Source: a virus
Lineage: Duplodnaviria > Heunggongvirae > Uroviricota > Caudoviricetes
Length of the DNA stretch: 6,615 bases
Strand: one strand, 5' to 3'
Virus record (IMG/VR): IMGVR_UViG_2609460219_000002
The position numbers and the translations under genes were made by a program. Position 1 is the first letter of the stretch; every line of letters starts with the position of its first letter. This document shows positions 1 through 6,615 of this stretch, piece after piece. The notes below the pieces were generated by a model, which saw nothing but the letters and a program-made list of their open reading frames with translations, was not told the origin of the DNA and did not search any database.

Positions 1-4
1 TGAT

Positions 5-31
5 AACAGAAAGGCCGGGAAATACCCAGCC
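5..31 (-). terminator. Putative intrinsic terminator downstream of exo (end of the leftward recombination operon)
   Basis: Minus-strand RNA would form GGCUGGG-UAUUU-CCCGGCC (7-bp stem with one G.U pair) followed by UUUCUGUU. Lies about 60 nt after the exo stop. Inferred from sequence only. Confidence 0.4.
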
Positions 32-92
32 TCGCTTTGTAACGGAGTAGACGAAAGTGATCGCGCTACCCGGATATTATCGTGAGGATGCG

Positions 93-773
93 TCATCGCC
101 ATTGCTCCCCAAATACAAAACCAATTTCAGCCAGTGCCTCGTCCATTTTTTCGATGAACTCCGGCACCATCTCGTCAAAACTCGCCATGTACTTTTCATT
201 CCGCTCAATCACGACATAATGCAGGCCTTCACGCTTCATGCGCGGGTCATAGTTGGCAAAGTACCAGGCATCTTTTCGCGTCACCCACATGCTGTACTGC
301 ACCTGGGCCATGTAAGCCGATTTTATTGCCTCGAAACCACCGAGCCGGAATTTCGTGAAATCCCGGGAGGTAAACGGGCATTTCAGTTCAAGGCCGTTGC
401 CGTCACTGCATAAACCATCGGGAGAGCAGGCGGTGCGCATACTTTCGTCGCGATAGATGATCGGGGATTCAGTAACATTCACGCCGGAAGTGAACTCAAA
501 GAGGGCTCTGGCGTCGTTCTCGTACTGTTTTCCCCAGGCCAGCGCCTTAGCGTTAACTTCCGGAGCCACACCGGTGCAAACCTCGGCAAGCAGGGTGTGG
601 AAGTAGGACATTTTCATGTCAGGCCATTTCTTTCCGGAGCGGGGTTTTGCTATCACATTGTGAACTTCTGAAGCGGTGATGACGCCGAGCCGTAATTTGT
701 GCCACGCATCATCCCCCTGTTCGACAGCTCTCACGTCGATCCCGGTACGCTGCAGGATAATGTCCGGTGTCAT
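93..773 (-). CDS. exo: Lambda exonuclease (Red-alpha), 226 aa
   Basis: ORF translation ([31 protein letters not shown]...GFVFGEQWR) is near-identical to lambda Exo as I recall it, with a few substitutions. Start ATG overlaps the bet stop (ATGA). Confidence 0.95.
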   Translation of the reverse strand: MTPDIILQRTGIDVRAVEQGDDAWHKLRLGVITASEVHNVIAKPRSGKKWPDMKMSYFHTLLAEVCTGVAPEVNAKALAWGKQYENDARALFEFTSGVNVTESPIIYRDESMRTACSPDGLCSDGNGLELKCPFTSRDFTKFRLGGFEAIKSAYMAQVQYSMWVTRKDAWYFANYDPRMKREGLHYVVIERNEKYMASFDEMVPEFIEKMDEALAEIGFVFGEQWR

Positions 774-1555
774 GCAGCCACCTTCTGTTCAGAGGCTTTC
801 TGTTTCAGGAATCCAAGAGCTTTCACTGCTTCGGCCTGTGTCAGTTCCGACGATGCGCGAATGTCGCGGCGAAATATCTGGGAACAGAGCGGCAATAAGT
901 CGTCATCCCATGTTTTGTCCAAGGCAATCAGCAGAGTGTTAATCTCCTGCATGGTTTCATCGTTAACCGGAGTGATGTCGCGTTCCGGCTGACGTTCTGC
1001 AGTGTATGCGGTATTTTCGACAATGCGCTCGGCTTCATCCTTGTCATAGATACCCGCAAATCCGAAGGCGAGACGGGCACACTGAATCATGGCTTTATGC
1101 CGTAACATCCGTTTAGGATGCGACTGCCACGGCCCCGTGATTTCTCTGCCTTCACGGGTTTTGAATGGTTCGCGGCGGCATTCATCCATCCACTCGGTAA
1201 CGCAGATCGGATGATTACGGTCCTTGCGGTAAATCCGGCATGTGCAGGATTCATTGTCCTGCTCAAAGTCCATGCCATCAAACTGCTGGTTTTCATTGAT
1301 GATGCGGGACCAGCCATCAACGCCCACCACCGGAACGATGCCGTTCTGCTTGTCAGGGAAGGCGTAAATTTCTTTCGTCCACGGATTAAGGCCGTACTGG
1401 TTGGCGACGATCAACAATGCGATGAACTGCGCATCGCTGGCATCACCTTTAAATGCCGTCTGGCGAAGAGTGGTGATCAGTTCCTGTGGGTCGACAGAAT
1501 CCATGCCGACACGTTCAGCCAGCTTCCCAGCCAGCGTTGCGAGTGCTGTACTCAT
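770..1555 (-). CDS. bet: Red-beta single-strand annealing protein, 261 aa
   Basis: ORF translation ([37 protein letters not shown]...) matches lambda Beta. Stop overlaps the exo start, as in lambda. Confidence 0.95.
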   Translation of the reverse strand: MSTALATLAGKLAERVGMDSVDPQELITTLRQTAFKGDASDAQFIALLIVANQYGLNPWTKEIYAFPDKQNGIVPVVGVDGWSRIINENQQFDGMDFEQDNESCTCRIYRKDRNHPICVTEWMDECRREPFKTREGREITGPWQSHPKRMLRHKAMIQCARLAFGFAGIYDKDEAERIVENTAYTAERQPERDITPVNDETMQEINTLLIALDKTWDDDLLPLCSQIFRRDIRASSELTQAEAVKALGFLKQKASEQKVAA

Positions 1556-1560
1556 CCGTT

Positions 1561-1857
1561 TTATACCTCTGAATCAATATCAACCTGATGGTGAGCAATG
1601 GTTTCAACCATGTACCGGATGTGTTCTGCCATGCGCTCCTGAAACTCAACATCGTCATCAAATGCACGGGTAATGGCTTTTTTGCTGGCCCCGCAGCGTT
1701 GTAAATGATCGATGCAGAGCGATTCAAACAAATGCTGGGGCAGGCCTTTTTCCATGTCGTCTGCCAGTTCTGCCTCTTTCTCTTCACGGGCGATCTGCTG
1801 GTAGTGACGCGCCCAGCTCTGAGCCTCAAGACGATCCTGAATGTAATAAGCGTTCAT
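1561..1857 (-). CDS. gam: Gam (short form, GamS) RecBCD inhibitor, 98 aa
   Basis: Translation [21 protein letters not shown]...[10 protein letters not shown] matches lambda Gam from its internal Met. The upstream long-form start (ATG at 1978..1976) is 121 nt away and therefore out of frame. Confidence 0.9.
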   Translation of the reverse strand: MNAYYIQDRLEAQSWARHYQQIAREEKEAELADDMEKGLPQHLFESLCIDHLQRCGASKKAITRAFDDDVEFQERMAEHIRYMVETIAHHQVDIDSEV

Positions 1858-1932
1858 AGCTGAACTCCTGAAAATGGCTGTGAAAATATCGCCCGCGAAA
1901 TGCCAGGCTGATTAGGAAAACAGGAAAGGGGG

Positions 1933-2076
1933 TTAGTGAATGCTTTTGCTTGATCTCAGTTTCAGTATTAATATCCATTTTTTATAAGCGTCGACGGCTT
2001 CACGAAACATCTTTTCATCGCCAATAAAAGTGGCGATAGTGAATTTAGTCTGGATAGCCATAAGTGTTTGATCCAT
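1933..2076 (-). CDS. kil: Kil host-killing / cell-division inhibitor, 47 aa
   Basis: Internal Met of the 89-aa track ORF gives [47 protein letters not shown], matching lambda Kil. Overlaps the 3' end of cIII as in lambda. Confidence 0.85.
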   Translation of the reverse strand: MDQTLMAIQTKFTIATFIGDEKMFREAVDAYKKWILILKLRSSKSIH

Positions 2077-2209
2077 TCTTTGGGACTCCTGGCTGATTAA
2101 GTATGTCGATAAGGCGTTTCCATCCGTCACGTAATTTACGGGTGATTCGTTCAAGTAAAGATTCGGAAGGGCAGCCAGCAACAGGCCACCCTGCAATGGC
2201 ATATTGCAT
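2045..2209 (-). CDS. cIII: cIII, inhibitor of FtsH-mediated cII degradation, 54 aa
   Basis: Internal Met of the 78-aa track ORF gives [54 protein letters not shown], matching lambda cIII. An AAGGAG ribosome-binding site precedes the ATG. Confidence 0.9.
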   Translation of the reverse strand: MQYAIAGWPVAGCPSESLLERITRKLRDGWKRLIDILNQPGVPKNGSNTYGYPD

Positions 2210-2281
2210 GGTGTGCTCCTTATTTATACATAACGAAAAACGCCTCGAGTGAAGCGTTATTGGTATGCGGTAAAGCCGCAC

Positions 2282-2650
2282 TCAGGCGGCCTTGATAGTC
2301 ATATCATCTGAATCAAATATTCCTGATGTATCGATATCGGTAATTCTTATTCCTTCGCTACCATCCATTGGAGGCCATCCTTCCTGACCATTTCCATCAT
2401 TCCAGTCGAACTCACACACAACACCATATGCATTTAAGTCGCTTGAAATTGCTATAAGCAGAGCATGTTGCGCCAGCATGATTAATACAGCATTTAATGC
2501 AGAGCCGTGTTTATTGAGTCGGTATTCAGAGTCTGACCAGAAATTATTAATCTGGTGAAGTTTTTCCTCTGTCATTAAGTCATGGTCGATTTCAATTTCT
2601 ATTGATGCTTTCCAGTCGTAATCAATGATGTATTTTTTGATGTTTGACAT
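2282..2650 (-). CDS. ea10: Ea10 early-region protein, 122 aa
   Basis: Translation MSNIKKYIIDYDWKASIEIEIDHD...DDMTIKAA matches lambda Ea10 with a few substitutions. Confidence 0.85.
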   Translation of the reverse strand: MSNIKKYIIDYDWKASIEIEIDHDLMTEEKLHQINNFWSDSEYRLNKHGSALNAVLIMLAQHALLIAISSDLNAYGVVCEFDWNDGNGQEGWPPMDGSEGIRITDIDTSGIFDSDDMTIKAA

Positions 2651-2666
2651 CTGTTCATATCCTCAC

Positions 2667-2695
2667 AGAAAAAATCGCCCTCACATTAGAGGGCA
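2667..2695 (-). terminator. Putative intrinsic terminator between the ral remnant and ea10 (tL2-like position)
   Basis: Minus-strand RNA would form GCCCUC-UAAUGU-GAGGGC (6-bp GC-rich stem) immediately followed by GAUUUUUUCUG. Sits about 17 nt upstream of the ea10 start. Inferred from sequence only. Confidence 0.45.
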
Positions 2696-2830
2696 AAGAA
2701 GATTTCCAATAATCAGAACAAGTCGGCTCCTGTTTAGTTACGAGCGACATTGCTCCGTGTATTCACTCGTTGGAATGAATGCAGAGTGCAGTATTTATTC
2801 TGTTGTTTATGCCAAAAATAAAGGCCACCA

Positions 2831-2928
2831 TCAGGCAGCCTTGTTATTCTGTTTACCAAGTTATCTGGCAATCATTGCCGTCGTTCGTATTGCCCACACC
2901 ATTGATTCTTATCAGTAGTCGTAGTCAT
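2831..2928 (-). pseudogene. ral: ral (restriction alleviation) remnant, internally deleted and prematurely terminated
   Basis: From ATG at 2928..2926 the frame reads MTTTTDKNQWCGQYERRQ-stop. The first 13 residues match the lambda Ral N-terminus. Ral C-terminal residues (AIRTTAMIAR, then a stop, then LGKQNNKAA-stop) are encoded directly downstream in a different frame. This implies an internal deletion that is not a multiple of 3, plus a nonsense change. Confidence 0.6.
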
Positions 2929-2981
2929 ATGGATAGTCCTGGTATTGTTCCATCACATCCTGAGGATGCTCTTCGAACTCT

Positions 2982-3335
2982 TCAAATTCTTCTTCCATAT
3001 ACCCCCCCCCAAATAAGTGGTTTGCTGCCTAATTTCATTTTCTGGCGACCAACACAAGTCACACCCATTTCACTGCGTGGCTTGCTGTACCATGTGCGCT
3101 GATTCTTGCGCTCAATACGTTGCAGGTTGCTTTCAATCTGTTCGTGGTATTCAGCCAGCACCGTAAGGTCTATCGGATTCAGTGCGCTTTCTACTCGTGA
3201 TTTCGGTTTGCGATTCAGCGAGAGAATAGGGCGGTTAACTGGTTTTGCGCTTACCCCAACCAACAGGGGATTTGCTGCTTTCCATTGAGCCTGTTTCTCT
3301 GCGCGACGTTCGCGGCGGCGTGTTTGTGCATCCAT
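2982..3335 (-). CDS. N: N transcription antiterminator, 117 aa, with divergent and extended C-terminus
   Basis: Internal Met of the 135-aa track ORF gives MDAQTRRRERRAEKQAQWKAANPLLVGVSAKPVNRPILSLNRKPKSRVESALNPIDLTVLAEYH..., the lambda N arginine-rich motif and N-terminal two-thirds. AGGAGA ribosome-binding site precedes the ATG. The C-terminus (…GSKPLIWGGVYGRRI) differs from lambda N and is read through a G9 tract. Confidence 0.9.
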   Translation of the reverse strand: MDAQTRRRERRAEKQAQWKAANPLLVGVSAKPVNRPILSLNRKPKSRVESALNPIDLTVLAEYHEQIESNLQRIERKNQRTWYSKPRSEMGVTCVGRQKMKLGSKPLIWGGVYGRRI

Positions 3336-3445
3336 CTGGATTCTCCTGTCAGTTAGCTTTGAGTAACGCGCCGTGATGCTTATCTCCACGGTTGCTGTCT
3401 AGCAGCTGCATTTCGCGCTACTCAAAGCTTTCTGCTTTGAATGCT

Positions 3446-3477
3446 GCCCTTCTTCAGGGCTTAAATTTTTAAGAGCC
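3446..3477 (-). promoter_or_regulatory. nutL: nutL (boxA-like plus boxB) N-utilisation site
   Basis: Minus strand reads GGCTCTTAAAAATTTAAGCCCTGAAGAAGGGC. boxB GCCCTGAAGAAGGGC is a perfect hairpin identical to lambda nutL boxB; the upstream boxA-like element is a CGCTCTTA variant. Lies between pL and N. Confidence 0.75.
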
Positions 3478-3521
3478 TCACCTTCATGGTGGTCAGTGCG
3501 TCCTGCTGATGGTTTAAAATT

Positions 3522-3589
3522 ACAAGAAAGATTGTATGTTGTAAACAAGAAATATTGTAAAAAGAGGTGTACAAAACAAACTCCATTGT
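3522..3589 (-). promoter_or_regulatory. Left operator OL (three 434-type 14-bp sites) overlapping the pL promoter
   Basis: Three ACAA-N6-TTGT 14-mers: ACAAGAAAGATTGT (3522-3535), ACAAGAAATATTGT (3545-3558), ACAAACTCCATTGT (3576-3589). These fit the 434 operator pattern ACAAGAAAGTTTGT. Candidate pL hexamers on the minus strand are TTTACA (3545..3540) and TAATTT (3522..3517); the hexamer assignment is tentative. Confidence 0.7.
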
Positions 3590-3639
3590 TTTTAAACGGA
3601 AAATAGTTTGTTTTTTGGTTATTGAGATTGAGGTGGGGA

Positions 3640-4992
<1,353 letters not shown>

Positions 4993-5000
4993 GAAATTCC

Positions 5001-5032
5001 CGCTCTTACACATCCCCGCCCTGAAAAAGGGC
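5001..5032 (+). promoter_or_regulatory. nutR: nutR (boxA CGCTCTTA plus boxB hairpin)
   Basis: boxA CGCTCTTA at 5001-5008. boxB GCCCTGAAAAAGGGC at 5018-5032 is a perfect 5-bp stem with A-rich loop. Located just after cro, as in lambda. Confidence 0.8.
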
Positions 5033-5045
5033 ATCCAATTAAACC

Positions 5046-5090
5046 ACACCTATGGTGTATGCATTTATTTGCATACATTCAATTAATTGT
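5046..5090 (+). terminator. tR1 region (Rho-dependent in lambda) with small hairpins
   Basis: Position between nutR and cII matches lambda tR1. Hairpins ACACC-TAT-GGTGT and GTATGCA-TTTATT-TGCATAC are followed by AT-rich sequence. Assigned by position and lambda similarity only. Confidence 0.35.
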
Positions 5091-5111
5091 TATCTAAGGA
5101 AATACTTACAT

Positions 5112-5405
5112 ATGTTTCGTGCAAACAAACGCAACGAGGCTCTACGAATCGAGAGTGCGTTGCTTAACAAAATCGCAATGCTTGGAACTGAGAAGACAGC
5201 GGAAGCTGTGGGAGTTGATAAGTCGCAGATCAGCAGGTGGAAGAGAGACTGGATTCCAAAGTTCTCAATGCTGCTTGCTGTTCTTGAATGGGGTGTCGTT
5301 GACGACGACATGGCTCGATTGGCGCGACAAGTTGCTGCGATTCTCACCAATAAAAAACGCCCGGCGGCAACCGAGCGTTCTGAACAAATCCAGATGGAGT
5401 TCTGA
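5112..5405 (+). CDS. cII: cII transcriptional activator (lysogeny establishment), 97 aa
   Basis: From ATG at 5112: MFRANKRNEALRIESALLNKIAMLGTEKTAEAVGVDKSQISRWKRDWIPKFSMLLAVLEWGVVDDDMARLARQVAAILTNKKRPAATERSEQIQMEF, matching lambda cII apart from V2F. The track ORF start at 5052 was rejected. Confidence 0.95.
   Translation: MFRANKRNEALRIESALLNKIAMLGTEKTAEAVGVDKSQISRWKRDWIPKFSMLLAVLEWGVVDDDMARLARQVAAILTNKKRPAATERSEQIQMEF
5121..5134 (-). promoter_or_regulatory. pRE cII-binding site (TTGC-N6-TTGC direct repeat)
   Basis: Minus strand reads TTGCGTTTGTTTGC across the first cII codons, the cII recognition repeat flanking the pRE -35 region in lambda. Confidence 0.6.
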
Positions 5406-5427
5406 GGTCATTACTGGATAAATCCAC
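5351..5427 (-). ncRNA. oop: oop antisense RNA (about 77 nt) overlapping the cII 3' end, with terminator t-oop
   Basis: Minus strand across the cII 3' end and cII-O spacer closely resembles lambda oop and ends in a GC-rich hairpin (CGCUCGG...CCGGGCG) followed by a U-tract (UUUUUUA). Exact ends are approximate. Confidence 0.5.
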
Positions 5428-5437
5428 AGGAGTCATT

Positions 5438-6338
5438 ATGACAAATACAGCAAAAATACTCAACTTCTGCAGAGGTAACTTTGCCAAACAGGAGCGTAAT
5501 GTGGCAGATCTCGATGATGGTTACGTCAGACTATCAAATATGCTGCTTGAGGCTTATTCAGGCGCAGATCTGACCAAGCGACAGTTTAAAGTGCTGCTTG
5601 CCATTCTGCGTAAAACCTATGGGTGGAATAAACCAATGGACAGAATCACCGATTCTCAACTTAGCGAGATTACAAAGTTACCCGTCAAACGGTGCAATGA
5701 AGCCAAGTTAGAACTCGTCAGAATGAATATTATCAAGCAACAATGCGGCATGTTTGGACCAAATAAAAACATCTCAGAATGGTGCATCCCTCAAAACGAG
5801 GGAAAATCCCCTAAAACGAGGGATAAAACATCCCTCAAATTGGGGGATTGCTATCCCTCAAAACAAGGGGGACACAAAAGACACTAATACAAAAGAAAAA
5901 AGAAAAGATTATTCGTCAGAGAATTCTGGCGAATCCTCTGACCAGCCAGAAAACGATCTTTCTGTGGTGAAACCGGATGCTGCAATTCAGAGCGGCAGCA
6001 AGTGGGGGACAGCAGAAGACCTGACCGCCGCAGAGTGGATGTTTGACATGGTGAAGACCATCGCGCCATCAGCCAGAAAACCGAATTTTGCAGGGTGGGC
6101 TAACGATATCCGCCTGATGCGTGAACGTGACGGACGTAACCACCGCGACATGTGCGTGCTGTTCCGCTGGGCATGCCAGGACAACTTCTGGTCCGGTAAC
6201 GTGCTTAGCCCGGCCAAACTCCGCGACAAGTGGACCCAGCTCGAAATCAACCGTAACAAGCAACAGGCAGTCGTGACAGCCAGCAAACCAAAACTCGACC
6301 TGACAAACACAGACTGGATTTACGGGGTGGATCTATGA
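5438..6338 (+). pseudogene. O: Replication initiator O, disrupted as sequenced by a +1 frameshift inside ori iteron 4
   Basis: N-terminal frame (5438-5887, MTNTAKILNF...YPSKQG then GHKRH-stop) and C-terminal frame (...DTKDTNTKEKRKDYSSENSGESSDQPENDL...DWIYGVDL, ending 6338) both match lambda O but differ by +1. Total span is 901 nt rather than a multiple of 3. The shift maps to CAAAACAAGGGGGAC (about 5864-5870). Confidence 0.75.
5786..5920. repeat. ori-lambda: four O-binding iterons plus adjacent AT-rich unwinding region
   Basis: Four inverted-repeat iterons: ATCCCTCAAAACGAGGGA (5786-5803), ATCCCCTAAAACGAGGGA (5806-5823), ATCCCTCAAATTGGGGGA (5830-5847), ATCCCTCAAAACAAGGGGGA (5853-5872). They are followed by AT-rich ACAAAAGACACTAATACAAAAGAAAAAAGAAAAGATTATT. 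Confidence 0.85.
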
Positions 6339-6615
6339 AAAACATCGCCGCACAGGTGGTTAACTTTGACCGTGAGCAGATGCGTCGGATCGCCAACAAC
6401 ATGCCGGAACAGTACGACGAAAAGCCGCAGGTACAGCAGGTAGCGCAGATCATCAACGGTGTGTTCAGCCAGTTACTGGCAACTTTCCCGGCGAGTCTGG
6501 CTAACCGTGACCAGAACGAACTGAACGAAATCCGCCGCCAGTGGGTTCTGGCTTTCCGGGAAAACGGGATCACCACAATGGAACAGGTTAACGCAGGAAT
6601 GCGCGTAGCCCGTCG
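6335..6615 (+). CDS. P: Replication protein P (DnaB helicase loader), N-terminal part; continues beyond the window
   Basis: ATG at 6335 overlaps the O stop (ATGA). Translation MKNIAAQVVNFDREQMRRIANNMPEQYDEKPQVQQVAQIINGVFSQLLATFPASLANRDQNELNEIRRQWVLAFRENGITTMEQVNAGMRVAR matches the lambda P N-terminus. Not in the ORF track because no stop falls inside the window. Confidence 0.9.
   Translation, partial: MKNIAAQVVNFDREQMRRIANNMPEQYDEKPQVQQVAQIINGVFSQLLATFPASLANRDQNELNEIRRQWVLAFRENGITTMEQVNAGMRVAR

Noticed and set aside
57-1673. Plus-strand ORFs 57-413, 676-942, 699-992, 1118-1588 and 1401-1673, and minus-strand ORF 1087-1320
   Set aside because: All lie antisense to, or in alternative frames of, the clearly recognisable exo and bet genes. 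They have no ribosome-binding site or recognisable product and are treated as chance ORFs.
1515-1829. 104-aa minus-strand ORF overlapping gam in another frame
   Set aside because: Same strand as gam but out of frame; gam is recognisable in the other frame, so this is a shadow ORF.
2625-3288. Plus-strand ORFs 2625-2918, 2779-3102 and 3106-3288 across the ea10-ral-N region
   Set aside because: Antisense to the leftward pL operon (ea10, ral remnant, N). No ribosome-binding site or recognisable product.
5090-5421. ORFs 5090-5350 (minus) and 5119-5421 (plus) overlapping cII
   Set aside because: Antisense or alternative frame of cII. The only known antisense product here is the short non-coding oop RNA at the cII 3' end, annotated separately.
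5884-6576. Minus-strand ORFs 5884-6069, 5987-6310, 6069-6263 and 6247-6576 inside O and P
   Set aside because: Antisense to the O and P coding sequences; no supporting signals.

Overview
This window is the early/immunity region of a lambdoid (lambda-like) phage or prophage with a phage-434-type immunity module. Gene order, left to right: a terminator, then exo, bet, gam, kil, cIII, ea10, a ral remnant and N on the minus strand, served by pL/OL and nutL; a small signal-peptide protein gene fused to the end of cI (where lambda has rexAB); 434-type cI; OR/pR/pRM; then cro, nutR/tR1, cII (with pRE and the antisense oop RNA), O with ori-lambda iterons, and the start of P on the plus strand. Identifications rest on recognising the translated ORFs as lambda/434 proteins from memory; no database search was run. 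As sequenced, three genes carry frame-disrupting lesions: O (+1 insertion in iteron 4), ral (internal deletion plus stop) and the long-form gam start (out of frame). sieB is absent and N ends in a G9 homopolymer. The most interesting item is the uncharacterised secreted-protein gene co-expressed with the repressor.
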